Positions 30,688 through 45,133 of a stretch of 64,000 bases of DNA are shown here, piece by piece (position 1 is the first letter of the stretch; every line of letters begins with the position of its first letter). The notes under the pieces were generated by a model. That model was not told the origin of the DNA. It made no database searches and saw only the letters and a program-made list of their open reading frames with translations. The position numbers and the translations under genes were made by a program. This DNA is from Eledone cirrhosa (taxonomy: Eukaryota): NCBI GenBank assembly GCA_964016885.1, contig OZ024742.1:285696001-285760000 (forward strand), written 5' to 3'.

Positions 30688-31469
30688 TATATATATATAT
30701 ATATATAGTTAAGAACTCAGGATAGTCCCTTACAATTAAATAGCTCCATCATGTAGAGCTAATTTTTATTGTCCTGTCAGCCAGGCTGCTATTTTTAGCG
30801 GCAGGGAATTTCGAGACAAGCTGGGTTCCGAATGACACGTGCGATAATTCATATCGTACACAATTCATTCTCTAGTAATTTTAGAAGTGAAAGGATCACT
30901 AATTTCTTAACAACTACTGAGGAGCAGAGAAACGTGAGAACTTCACTTAATAAGTCGTTGCAAAACAGTCTCCAACACTGTCTAGTTGTTATCAGGCATT
31001 TTTCCCCAATATAGGTCTGTTATTTTACTTAATTTTTTAAAATTTAATATTTAAAGTTCGGGATAACAGACTATATTGGTGTAGTTAGTATTTTTTCACC
31101 CTAGCAAATTTTAGTCCTTACGATTCGAACACATGTATGTGTATATTAATGTTCATCTCTCTTGTTTATCCAATTACACATATATATATATATATTATAT
31201 CTTATATCTTATATATATATAAAAGCGAGGATGTGTGTGTGTGTCTGTGGACAACTTTGGACAGCTAAGGCTTTTACAATTCCCAACCGAATTTGACCAA
31301 ATTTTCTGTGCACGTTGCACCTGTCGCTAAGATGGTCACATCACAAAAATTTCAAATCGACCTACGTTGAGCAATAAAAAATCGATAGCAAAATTATCTA
31401 TATATATAAAAGCGAGGATGTGTGTGTACAGAGTATGAAAGACCACGGGGGTCAGAGTCAGTGGTAGAG

Positions 31470-31570
31470 GAAACACTGAGAGAGTGAGAGAGCGAGCGAG
31501 AAAGAGAGAAAAGATATGGTAGAGAGGGAGAGGGGCAGATATAGTACAGAGGGAGAGAGAGGAGATATGT

Positions 31571-31635
<65 letters not shown>

Positions 31636-32220
31636 TATGGTATAAAGTGAGGGAGAGGAGATATGGTGTAAAGAGAGTGAGAGAGGGTAGATATGGTACA
31701 GAGAGGCAGAGGGAGAAAGAGGAGATATGGTACAAAGAGAGAGAAAGGGGGAGAGAGATGAGATATGGTACAGAGAGAGAGAAAGCGAGATATATGATAC
31801 AAAGAGAGAGAGTGAGAGAGCGCGAGAGCGAGAGAAGAGATATGGTATAAAAAGAAACAGAGAGGGAGATGAGATACAAAGAGATAGAAAGAGATAGAAA
31901 GAGGGAGATGATATAAAGAGAGAAAGAAAGAGAGGAGTGATACAAAAGAGTGAGAGCGGAAATAATAGAGAGGGATGGGGGCGGATGAAATATAAAGAGA
32001 GGGAAAAAGAGACAGAGAGAGAGAGGGGGAGAAAGAGAAAGAAAGGAGAAATGACACAAAGAGAGAGAGAGATGGGGGAAAATAAGATATAAAAAGAGAG
32101 AAAGAGAGAGAGAACATAACAGAAAGAAAGAGACGGAGTAAGTAAGAGTGGCGGAAAGAGGTAGGAAGATACGTTGAAGGGGAGGAGAAAAAAGTAGAGG
32201 AGTGAGGAGATGAAAAAATT
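31470..32220 (+). repeat. GA-rich minisatellite with recurring gagatatggta(c/t)a inside the Helitron
   Basis: Directly visible purine-rich repeats. Confidence 0.7.
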
Positions 32221-32824
32221 ATGGAAGCCAGTTAGGACAAGTAATTGTGTATTCTATACAAATCTAAGATGGTCACATCACAACAATTTTTCAAATCGAT
32301 CCACGTTCAGCAATAAAAAATCGATACCAATAATATTAAGTGCTGTATTCGTACACATCAAATGAAGGAACATACTGAACAGGATGTAGTTATTCAAAGG
32401 ATTGTTGAAGTTTTGCCAGTATATTTAAAATTTTACTGTAACGCTTCAATTCATACATTTTGACTTTAGAATTTAAATTAAACGATTTAATTAACAACTT
32501 AATTTCTGCTGATCATGAGCAAATTATTTTATGAAAAATGCCTACTATAAGGGAGATAACAATGAAGACAAAATCCTTATGGGATTTTCCATGAAAATTA
32601 AAAGTTGCAATTACTTTTACATTTTTCGAGCTTTTTTTACCAAATGTGAGGCAGGCATTGCCTATGCCGTCGAGGTAATACATGAAGATTATTTTTTCTA
32701 AAGTGTATGCTTTAAGGGAGAAAGCAATCTAAAAACAATCCTTATGGGACTTTCCATTCAAACCGTTGGGACCTACAACTATTACATTTTTAAAGTAATT
32801 TCGTCCACATTTAAGGCAGGCATT

Positions 32825-34466
32825 ATCTATGCTTCCAGCTGTATTCGTGATCCTCTGTCCATGTGGATAAAATATAGGGATGAACTAACAGACGACTACA
32901 GACACCAAGCACAATTGCTGCTTCCAGAAATAGAGGTCGGCTTTAGTAATGAATTATACAACAGAGCTCTCATTTATATTGAGGACAAGTTAGCTCTGAT
33001 TGGAGGAAAGGTTTTACGTGACTACGGTTTACCAGAAACTCATCGCACGGACTCAAACAAACTTCCCATAGATATCATACAGGAGACTTCTTATGACATC
33101 CATGATCTCGGCCTCTACGTCACACATAATGAGCCAAAACTTCTAGCTGATCAGCGACTGGCTTATACCACCATTACTGAATCGGTATTTCAAAGAAGAG
33201 GTGGCATATTTTTCCTCGATGTTCCAGGGGGGACAGGAAAAACTTTCTTTACTAAACTTCTTCTTGCAAAGGTTAGACAGAATAAGGACATAGCAATAGC
33301 AGTTGCGTCCTCTGGAATCGCAGCAACTTTGCTCCCTGGTGGAAGGACGGCACATTCAGTTTTTAAATTGCCCCTTGATTTGGCAAAATTGGAAACTCAT
33401 ACTTGTCATATCACCAAAAACTCCGAAAGGGCTCATCTGCTGCGAAGGTATCACCTTATTGTTTCGGATGAGTGCACAATGGCGCACAAAGGTGCTCTTG
33501 AGGCACTAGACAGGTCTTTGCAAGACATACGAGATTGGAGTGATGTTATGGGGTGTCACCATTCTGCTATCAGGAGACTTCAGACAGACTCTTCCTATAA
33601 TACCGAAAGGAACAAGAGCAGATGCGGTAAATGCATGTCTTAAGTCTTCGCCATTGTGGCGACAAGTGACATCATGCGTGCAAGATTGCATGGGGACCCT
33701 GTGTCATCAACATTTTCTGGAGACATTCTTACAATAGGAGATGGTAACCTACCTCCGGATACAGATGGACACATAGCAATTGATCACATCTTCAATGTAG
33801 TTGAAACTGTTGATGATCTCAAGGCGAATGTATTCCTGAACTTGCGTGATAACTATACGAATCTTAATTGGCTATGCGAAAGAGCCATTCTTGCACCCAA
33901 AAATAACACGGTTAGCTGTATTAACGATCAGCTTCTTCAGCTTCTTCCTGGATGTCCACGGATATGTAAATCTATTGATACTGTATGTGATCCACATGAT
34001 ACGGTCAATTATCCAGTTGAATTTCTAAATTCTTTAAATCCTCCCGGTTTACCTCCTAAAACATTGGTTCTGAAAGAGGAAACGCCAGTTATTTTGCTGA
34101 GAAATATCACCCCTCCAAAACTATGCAATGGTACACGCCTTGTGGTTAAAAAACTGTCTCCACTTAGTATTGACGCTACCATTCGGCGAGGATGTGATAA
34201 TAACAAAAATTAGCCTGATTACATCAGGCGTGGATACTCCCTTCTCCTTTCACCGAACCCAATTTCCCCTTCGTGTTGCCTCTGCGATGTCCATAAACAA
34301 GTCGCAAGGTCAAACTCTATCTGTCGCTGGAATTCATTTGGATGAACCTTGCTTTTCGCACGGACAATTCTACGTTGCCTGCTCACGAGTTGGCAGTAGA
34401 GATAATCTCTTTGCGTTTGTTCCGAAAAGAAAAACAAAGAATATCGTCTATCCTGAAGTGCTTTAG
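32825..34466 (+). pseudogene. Helitron Pif1-like SF1B helicase, frameshifted
   Basis: FFLDVPGGTGKT, AVASSGIAATLLPGGRTAHS, DECTM, GDFRQTLPII, RAILAPKN, LLRNITPPKLCNGTRL, QFPLRVASAMSINKSQGQTL, FSHGQFYVACSRV, KNIVYPEVL. Confidence 0.92.
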
Positions 34467-34963
34467 TGTTAACAAAAATACTTATTACAGTTCTGCCTTG
34501 ACTTCACCTTACTCATTACAAAACATACCAATGAATATGTCATGCAGGATATTTTGGATTATAAGTTCAAAATTTAACCATACACAGCAAAGGATGCTCT
34601 CAAAGAATACATTTTCTCTTATTCTACTCTCATTGTTTTTTTTTTGTTTGTATACAACTCTGCTTTCATTTTTTTGTACTTTTTATACTTTTTGTACTTT
34701 AGCAAAACTGCCTGTTTTTTTTACAGATTTGCAACGTGTATTGTCTTTAATCATTTGTATAGCTACATCCTGTTTAGTGTTTTCCTTCATTATCAGCATA
34801 GTTTTATGTGTACAAAGATTGCACTAAATATTCGTTCGCATTAATTATTGAAGACTTCTGCTTATTTTGACAGGTTGGGGACAAATAATTTTCTTCTTTT
34901 ACTTCTTAGCTGTATATTCTTACCATAATTTCAAACCCCGGGCAACGCCGGGTAAATCTGGTA

Positions 34964-35139
<176 letters not shown>

Positions 35140-35498
35140 GTACATGAAATATAAAAGACAAGGTTACTTGAAAAACAATATCTAAGAGGATGGAAAGAAT
35201 GTTGACAATTATTTTTTTACATATCCAAAAATCACATTGAGAAATGCTACTGACTAACGATAAGTTTGAAAGTAATATGGTATATATTGTCAACATCACC
35301 GCCGTCAAAAGTATCTTTATTCATATTTCTACGATTGCTATCACTTTTACATCTCACACCTCTCTAGCAATGTGTAATTGATATGGCAATACAAAGACAA
35401 TAGTACCAAAAACACCTTGCTGCGATGAGTTTTTCGGATGTAAATCTATACATTCTCAAATGAGAAAAAAACAACATCGTTGTATCGTGGAACTTGTA

Positions 35499-35764
35499 GT
35501 GGTAAGAAATTCTCAGAAGAACTAGACACAAAAGGTCTTCAAAAAAGAAGCCCTCTCCCCTCAAGCAAATTGTTTTGGCCTTTAACTTCTGAGAGTTTCT
35601 TACCATTTAACACTAGGTGTGTTTCATTAGAGATATGGTGAGGAACGGGTTATGTGGTAAGAAACTCTCATGAGAGCTGGACAGTAGAAGGTCTTCAGAG
35701 AAGAAACCCCGATCATACAAGTGTTTCGGCCCTTAAGAGAGTTGGTATGAGAGTTTCATACCAC
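35499..35764. repeat. Two diverged tandem ~110-bp hairpin units (35499-35606 and 35654-35764)
   Basis: Each is bounded by 18-20 bp inverted repeats (g)tggtaagaaa(t/c)tctca / tgagagtttc(t/a)tacca. Confidence 0.7.
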
Positions 35765-35780
35765 TTAACTTTTACTGTGC

Positions 35781-35844
<64 letters not shown>

Positions 35845-36146
35845 AAGTAAACGAGGTATCGTTTAAGGTAATCCAGGTAGATATTATCAGTAATCTGTAC
35901 AGTGGATGATTTAAATATGTGGTGTTGTTTGACTCGACAAGATGTTTACGTAGTTGTGGCGTTCGGTGAAAATAGTATTTAAAATCGAATGTCACAACAG
36001 CATTGCCATTCAAACATCTGTTAATTCTTGGAATAAACCCTACTGTATAGCTCATCCGTGTTATTCTTCACTCCTTAATTATATATATATATGATGAAAT
36101 AATTGTAAGTGAATAAATGCTTTGAACATAGCTTTGATTCTTGTGA

Positions 36147-36177
<31 letters not shown>

Positions 36178-36183
<6 letters not shown>

Positions 36184-36510
36184 ATACTTGGGGAGGGTCA
36201 TATTTGTGCAATATTCCCAGAATTAATAACAGAACACACTCACTGTTTGGTTGGTTTTGGCTTCTGTGTCTTTTATATCGGTTAATTTAATTTATTCGGT
36301 CCTCAATGTTACCATTGACTGACCAACGGTCAAAAATACAGATACAATATAGACACAAACAGATATATATAGTCTAACAAAGTTCTTTCGTTGCACATCT
36401 GCAACATCGTCAGTGGTGGTATTATGTTTCCTCCCGTTGTATTGTAGGCATACAATACAACGGGAGGAAACATAATAGCACCACAAATATGACCCTCCCC
36501 AAGTATAACT
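36178..36510. mobile_element. Family C pseudo-LTR fold-back with hammerhead at 36376-36417(-)
   Basis: Matches 12986-13250; core CTGACGA..GAAA-GAAC-TT. Confidence 0.7.
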
Positions 36511-36687
36511 ATATATATATATATATATAAATCCACTCATCCCGTCTAAGGCACTAAGTCCACTAAAATTCAAAAGGTTACTAAGAAGGAAAATGTATTA
36601 TACTTCAAGGAGAGAGAAGATGACGATTGATGGTGTTTTATAATGTGTGTGTGTGTATGCGTGCGTGCGCGTGTGTTAAAAAAGCAC

Positions 36688-36784
<97 letters not shown>

Positions 36785-37336
36785 ATCAATATATATATAC
36801 GTAAGGCACGATTATCTAAAAAATGAGAATGCTTGGAATCAAGACATTATATGGCTACATGCGTGTGGGTGTCTGAATAGCATGAGTATCATAATTGTTT
36901 CTACTTTTGGCACAGGGCCGACAATTATATCAGTGTATTACTGGTACTTTATTTTATCGACCCTGTAAGGATGAAAGGCAAAGTTAACCTTGGTGGGATT
37001 TGAGTATCATAATAATATCTACAATATATTACACAATATATATGTTTCTATCGTACATTATATTACATATATATAAGGTTAACTTTGCCTTTCATCCTTA
37101 CGGGGTCGATAAAATAAAGTACTAGTAATGTACTGGGTAATTGCTGGCCTTGTGCCTAAAGTAGAAACAATTATATTACATATATATAAGATATGTACTT
37201 GAAATATAAAAATCAAGGTTACTTGAAACACTATCTAAAGTGATGGAAAGAATGTTTACAATTATATTTCACGTATCTAAAAATCACCTTTGAGAGATGC
37301 TACTAACTAATGAAGCATTGAAAGTAATATGGTATA

Positions 37337-37699
37337 GTCTCGGGTCCCAAATAATAAGGAGCGTGGAATAAGCGGGGGATGAGGGTAGAAAATCGGTGAT
37401 TTTTCTAGGTTGTCTCCTTTGATTGAAAAAATATATATCAAAATTTATTCGTTTAGTATACATATTGAGACCCCCTCCCCTCAACCCATCTTATTTATTT
37501 TATAACATATGGGATTTCTAGTAATGTACTTTTTTGTCATGTACGACATAATGTTTTTTTTAATGTATAGAGAAAATTGATTGTCGCAGGAATGCTACCA
37601 CTTAAAATAAAATTTCTCCGGAGATAGATTAGCTAAATGCGGGATTTTGGGGGCGAAAAATTAATTCGAGTTGGGGGGTGATTAAACGAGACCCGAGAG
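37337..37699. mobile_element. MITE with TA target duplication
   Basis: TIR gtctcgggtc / gacccgagag. The empty site ggtatatattgtcaac at about 35279 in a paralogous repeat has one TA fewer than the filled site. Confidence 0.75.
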
Positions 37700-37767
37700 T
37701 ATATTGTCAACACTACACATCAACAACATCACTTTCATCTTTAAATCCACCATCAAATAAATCATAG

Positions 37768-37843
37768 TTAATGTTTCTACGATTGGTTAGGTGGTGAAGG
37801 TGTTCGAACACCTTCACCACCTAACCAATTGTAGAAACATTAA
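37768..37843. repeat. 76-bp near-perfect palindrome
   Basis: ttaatgtttctacgattggttaggtggtgaaggtgtt-cg-aacaccttcaccacctaaccaattgtagaaacattaa. Confidence 0.85.
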
Positions 37844-38505
37844 TTCAATTCCCGGTGGTGCATTCTGTCCTTGAGCAAGACACTTTATTTCACGTTGCTC
37901 CAGTCCACTCAGCAGGCAAAAATGTGTTTTACTTGTACTTGTCATTTAATGTGTCACGCTGAATATCCCTAAGTACTATGTAAATAAATATATGAAAAAA
38001 TTCTGGATTTACCCGTCGAAACGGCCGGAGCTCAGCCGTCGGGGTCCTGAATTTTTTCATATTACTCCCTCTACTACGCCAAGTATCGAGTACTCTGGTG
38101 TGTAATGGTCTAGCTGGTTTATATCACCGCCAATCTGAGTGTTCCTACTTTCGTAGTGGAGCACTCTTCGACCCATAACGCACTTCCATCCCGGCCCTAA
38201 TAACTAAGTTCTTGTTCCTATGTTTTGAGAAGGGAACGTTTCCTCGAACCAAAGTATCGTCTTCCTGTCTTCCTTCGGTTGCAACGTTTTTCGAAATACT
38301 TACTTCTGCGTTCACAGATTGATTTTTTTAGTTTCAGAAGATCCCGTTAAGGGTGAAAGCAGCGATTCTTTGCTTAAACTTTAATCTGTTATTTTAATAA
38401 ATATTTGCTCTACGGTTCTTATATATTTGATATATATTTACCCTTATCGAGCCCTCTTTGGATTTTAGTCTTCAATTTTATTACTATATATATTTATTTA
38501 TATAA

Positions 38506-38609
<104 letters not shown>

Positions 38610-38682
38610 GGTGTGGAATGCTTAAAGCGTCCGTAATCGGTAGGCCGTTTGAGCACTCGATGCTCTTACAGAGCAGAGTATA

Positions 38683-39026
38683 ATATCACATAAGAAACGG
38701 AGAATCAGTGGTGCGACGAATAAAATTTATTAGACATATTACAATCGTTTCTCTGGCAACCAGCTCGAGACACTATCGTTGGGATGATCGAACCTGGCTC
38801 TGAAATCGCAAGATCCTCAGATACGTCTCGATCTTTCGAAGCAGACTATGCTTCAAAACATTTGGAAATTCTGCTTCGAGAGATTGAGACGTATCTGTAG
38901 AACTTGCGATATCAGAGTCAGGTTCGATCATCGCATCGATCGTGCCTGGAGCTGGTCGCCAGAGAAACGATTGTAATATGTCTAATAAATTATAATTCGT
39001 CACACCACTGATTCTCCGTTTCTTAT

Positions 39027-39033
<7 letters not shown>
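38683..39033. repeat. Fold-back element with ~85-bp inverted arms
   Basis: atatcacataagaaacggagaatcagtggtg...ccagctc / gagctgg...caccactgattctccgtttcttatgtgatat. Confidence 0.8.
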
Positions 39034-39059
<26 letters not shown>

Positions 39060-39067
<8 letters not shown>

Positions 39068-39494
39068 ATAAATGGAAACTATATTTATAAAACCATATTT
39101 ATTTCATTATATATATTTCAGGGATATCATATTAACAATATGCTATGCCTTCCTCAGACAAAATACAATATAAACAGTTTTATAGATAAATAGATTCGAC
39201 ATACCGTAACAACATCTACTTGCATTTGAGAAGGTTCTCAAATGCAAGTAGATGTTGTTACGGTATGTCGAATCTATTTATCTATAAAACTGTTTATATT
39301 GTATTTTGTCTGAGGAAGGCATAGCATATTGTTAATATGATATCCCTGAAATATATATAATGAAATAAATATGGTTTTATAAATATAGTTTCCATTTATT
39401 TAATATTGTAAATATACTCCAAATATTTGTCGAGTGCTTTTATATCAGTTATAAATATTTACTAGTTGTAACCCAACAATTTAAATATAACTTT

Positions 39495-39497
<3 letters not shown>
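39060..39497. mobile_element. Family A mini-element, 348-bp palindrome (39060-39407) with hammerheads at 39100-39165(-) and 39302-39367(+)
   Basis: TATTTTGT-CTGAGGA-AGGCATAGCATATT..AATATGATATCCCT-GAAA-TATATA-TA-ATGAAATA; centre gagaa-gg-ttctc. Confidence 0.85.
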
Positions 39498-39555
<58 letters not shown>

Positions 39556-39999
39556 TGAAAAATGGCGAGCTGTGTTGTTGAAAATAAGATATATATAATA
39601 AATGAAGAATTAGAAATAGAAGCCAGGAATATCCGTCATCCGTGGTCTACTAGCCATCATAGGTATTTCTTCGTATTAAAGACCATATACCTCAAACTAG
39701 GGTGATACAATAACTAAATTAAGTTATTGGGATAAAAAGAGTTGGGTGGAGAAAGAGAGACAGGTAAACAAACACGAATGGTGGTCAACAATCCACAAGG
39801 TGGGTGACAGGCAGATGGAATATATGTAGATGTATAGATGTATATGTAGGTAAATATATTTGTATTGTTGACCACTGGCCGCTGGTCTCTGTCCTTTGAG
39901 GCATTTTCCCCATCGCTGTCATTGACAGCAATTAGCTGTTTTAACGACTGTTTTAACGAGTTTTCTCATATATATATACACATACATACATACACCTAC

Positions 40000-40242
<243 letters not shown>

Positions 40243-40536
40243 TTCAGTGTATCTGTCTCAAGGACGTTGTTTCATTATATGAGTGTAAAAAAATCCATTG
40301 TTAATTTGGTATTTGGTTCCTCTCAAACTCTCTCCCTCTTTCTATATGTGTTGTATGTTTTATGTATTTATTGATATTTTTTTTTCACCAATCATAGTTC
40401 TATTTCAAAAGTACATTCATTTATAAGAATAGAAAGATAAATACATATGTATTCGATCAATATGTTTCACTTAACAGCAGTTGGCAGTCTGGCACTTCTA
40501 TTTTTGAATTCAAAATAACATATATATATATCATTA

Positions 40537-40904
<368 letters not shown>

Positions 40905-40987
40905 TTTGTTTTTGAGTGTGGAACGGTCAAATATTTATTTACTTCAATGTCAAAGAGAACTTATTACATTTCATACGAAACAACAAT

Positions 40988-41337
40988 TATTCAAAAGCAA
41001 CAGATAAATGTATTCAACAAAAAAAAAAAAAAATAGCGATAAATCTTTTTTAAAACATCTATCAACGAACGTGGAAGAAAGAAGTGTCAGTTCATTTACT
41101 ATACACAATAATATCCTCTATGAGGTCACTAAACCTGCTAGAAACAGCAGCTAACTCTCTCCCATATTCAAAAGCAACAGATAAATTTATTCAACAACAA
41201 AAATAGCGATAAATATTTTTTAAAACATCTATCAACGAACGTGGAAGAAAGAAGTATCAGTTCATTTACTATACACAATAATATCCTCCATGTGGTCACT
41301 AAACCTGCTAGAAACAGCAGCTAACTCTCCCCCATAT
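40988..41337. repeat. Direct tandem duplication of ~175 bp
   Basis: tattcaaaagcaacagataaat...cagcagctaactctc occurs twice. Confidence 0.85.
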
Positions 41338-41779
41338 CACACGCATCCCTACTGTCTTAAATTTAGAAAACACACATTAGACAACCATGCAGAACAACTC
41401 CATCGCAGCTCTGTTGTTCGGCTGGCATCGTCTACGCGCGTGTTGCGCAAGTACTGTGAAACAATAAATTTCAACACTTCTTTGCACAGAGATAATATCC
41501 ATAGACGAAACTACAATTGTCACTGCTGGCGCAGCTCCTGCTTAGGCAACCCCGTCACCTTTTTGTTCAACACTAACACAGGAACAAAAAGGTGACGTGA
41601 TTGCCTAAACACTGTAAGGCGTAATTCGGGCTGTTTGTTTGTTTACAAACAAACCGAGCATTATAATAAATGTTCGGTAAACCGATACGTGCATATATAT
41701 ATGTGTGCATGTATGTATATATATACATACTACTGTACGTCTGTATACATATATGTATGTACGTATACATACATACATA

Positions 41780-41849
<70 letters not shown>

Positions 41850-42357
41850 AGGTCAAATACCAACCCTACTAGCATCTACAAACTGACCAATGAGAATTAA
41901 GACTATTCCTGCTGACAACATTAAATTATTCCTAACAAGCTCATATGTCCCAAGGTTCTGATACCATCAACACTATAAACACAGAGCTGGCATATCTAAG
42001 AACTGACTAACTGTCTGATGTGGTCATAGCCATTCAATGGCTATCATCGAAATATATATAGCAGTAAATAACGGATTATGAGTTCATGCAGTTGACTTAT
42101 GTTTCGTCACTATATATATATATATATATAACAAGCCTGGACCCTTGGAATTGATGGTAAAATCCAGTACAGGGTTTTTGCGACAGCTAAATCAATAATA
42201 CTGTCTGCTTAAAGCAATAAGCTTTTGGTATAATGATCGAACGAAGAATATCACGTTATCAACAGGTATTTTTATATTAAACATGTTTAAACTCTACTAA
42301 TGTATTGAGTACTTTACTTACTGTGGTTACCCTCGATTGAACCAGGGAGCCTCCAAA

Positions 42358-42507
<150 letters not shown>

Positions 42508-42623
42508 ATGTGTGTGCGTGTGTGTAAATGAAGTATTACCGTCAGAAAGGTACAGGAAAAAAGATTGCTCTATGTAGGCTACAGAGCTTATTAGTTATGT
42601 AATAAACAACATAAGATAATTAT

Positions 42624-42684
42624 TTCATTTACCAGTGGTTTCTTGAAGACAGATGTTGTGTCTGACTTCAGTCGTCAGAATGAA
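42624..42684 (-). ncRNA. Minimal hammerhead (family D); inverted partner at 45438-45498, truncated relative at 54167-54216(-)
   Basis: Reverse complement TTCATT-CTGACGA-CTGAAG..CTTCAA-GAAA-CCACTGG-TA-AATGAA. Confidence 0.75.
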
Positions 42685-42773
42685 TAAAAACATGGTGTAT
42701 TTATTAAATATGCATTTGAAAACAAAATTCAGGAAATATGAAAGTGAGAAACGGGCGAAAAGGAAAAAGGGAA

Positions 42774-42811
<38 letters not shown>

Positions 42812-43331
42812 TAAATATCCAGAACATACACACACTCAGCTACGCGCATATACTAAAAAGTACGTAGAAGGATACTTTCTCATATAAGCGTATTTGCGTC
42901 TACATAGAAAAACGGACAGGAACATAAATACATACACATACATATACACAGCAGATATATACAAAAATACATACACACATATACACAAATATATATGCAC
43001 TCAAAAATGTACACGCAAATATGGACAGTAGTTAAGAAACTGGAATAACTAAATAAATAAATAAGAACAAAAAATACCAAAAATATATGTATATATATAT
43101 TTAGAAGAGATATTTAATTTGTTGGAAATCAACAAATATAGATGTTTATAACTGATTCAGAGCACTCGACAGTATTATTGATTTAGCTGTCGCAAAAACC
43201 CTGTACTGGATTTTACCATCAATTCCAAGGGTCCAGGCTTGTTATATATATATATATATATATAGTGACGAAACATAAGTAAGTATTCAATGATATTAAA
43301 TAAATGGAAACTATATTTATAAAACCATATT

Positions 43332-43393
43332 TATTCTATTATATATATTTCAAGGGTACCAAAAATGTTGGTACACTATCATCAGATAAAATA
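43332..43393 (-). ncRNA. Family A hammerhead immediately left of the array
   Basis: Reverse complement TATTTTAT-CTGATGA-TAGTGTACCAA..TTGGTACCCTT-GAAA-TATATA-TA-ATAGAATA. Confidence 0.75.
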
Positions 43394-43481
43394 CAAAGTG
43401 TGTTTTATAAATTTGGTACCCTTGAAATATATATAATAGAATAAATATGGTTTTATATTTTGGTTTTATATATGGTTTTAT

Positions 43482-45060
43482 ATTTTGTATTTTATCTGAG
43501 GATTGAACCGTTAAGGTATATTATCCTTGGTCATGTCAAATATTTATAAAACATTTTGTATTTTATCTGAGGATTGAACCGTTAAGGTATATTATTCTTG
43601 GTCATGTCAAATATTTATAAAACATTTTGTATTTTATCTGAGGATTGAACCGTTAAGGTATATTATTCTTGGTCATGTCAAATATTTATAAAACATTTTG
43701 TATTTTATCTGAGGATTGAACCGTTAAGGTATATTATTCTTGGTCATGTCAAATATTTATAAAACATTTTGTATTTTATCTGAGGATTGAACCGTTAAGG
43801 TATATTATTCTTGGTCATGTCAAATATTTATAAAACATTTTGTATTTTATCTGAGGATTGAACCGTTAAGGTATATTATTCTTGGTCATGTCAAATATTT
43901 ATAAAACATTTTGTATTTTATCTGAGGATTGAACCGTTAAGGTATATTATTCTTGGTCATGTCAAATATTTATAAAACATTTTGTATTTTATCTGAGGAT
44001 TGAACCGTTAAGGTATATTATTCTTGGTCATGTCAAATATTTATAAAACATTTTGTATTTTATCTGAGGATTGAACCGTTAAGGTATATTATTCTTGGTC
44101 ATGTCAAATATTTATAAAACATTTTGTATTTTATCTGAGGATTGAACCGTTAAGGTATATTATTCTTGGTCATGTCAAATATTTATAAAACATTTTGTAT
44201 TTTATCTGAGGATTGAACCGTTAAGGTATATTATTCTTGGTCATGTCAAATATTTATAAAACATTTTGTATTTTATCTGAGGATTGAACCGTTAAGGTAT
44301 ATTATTCTTGGTCATGTCAAATATTTATAAAACATTTTGTATTTTATCTGAGGATTGAACCGTTAAGGTATATTATTCATGGTCATGTCAAATATTTATA
44401 AAACATTTTGTATTTTATCTGAGGATTGAACCGTTAAGGTATATTATTCTTGGTCATGTCAAATATTTATAAAACATTTTGTATTTTATCTGAGGATTGA
44501 ACCGTTAAGGTATATTATTCTTGGTCATGTCAAATATTTATAAAACATTTTGTATTTTATCTGAGGATTGAACCGTTAAGGTATATTATTCTTGGTCATG
44601 TCAAATATTTATAAAACATTTTGTATTTTATCTGAGGATTGAACCGTTAAGGTATATTATTCTTGGTCATGTCAAATATTTATAAAACATTTTGTATTTT
44701 ATCTGAGGATTGAACCGTTAAGGTATATTATTCTTGGTCATGTCAAATATTTATAAAACATTTTGTATTTTATCTGAGGATTGAACCGTTAAGGTATATT
44801 ATTCTTGGTCATGTCAAATATTTATAAAACATTTTGTATTTTATCTGAGGATTGAACCGTTAAGGTATATTATTCTTGGTCATGTCAAATATTTATAAAA
44901 CATTTTGTATTTTATCTGAGGATGAACCGTTAAGGTATATTATTCTTGGTCATGTCAAATATTTATAAAACATTTTGTATTTTATCTGAGGATTGAACCG
45001 TTAAGGTATATTATTCTTGGTCATGTCAAATATTTATAAAACATTTTGTATTTTATCTGA
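43482..45060 (+). repeat. Tandem array of 22 near-identical 71-bp units
   Basis: Unit ttgaaccgttaaggtatattattcttggtcatgtcaaatatttataaaacattttgtattttatctgagga; ctga starts at 43496, 43567, 43638 ... 45057. Confidence 0.97.
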
Positions 45061-45133
45061 TTTTTGGTACCCTTGAAATATATATAATAGATTAAATATG
45101 GTTTTATAAATATAGTTTCCATTTATTTAATAT

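Noticed and set aside
32744-34466. Host PIF1 gene
   Set aside because: It is intronless, frameshifted, ends in the Helitron-type NIVYPEVL and is bounded by Helitron termini.
43482-45060. CRISPR array
   Set aside because: The units are identical end to end with no unique spacers, there are no cas genes, and the context is eukaryotic.
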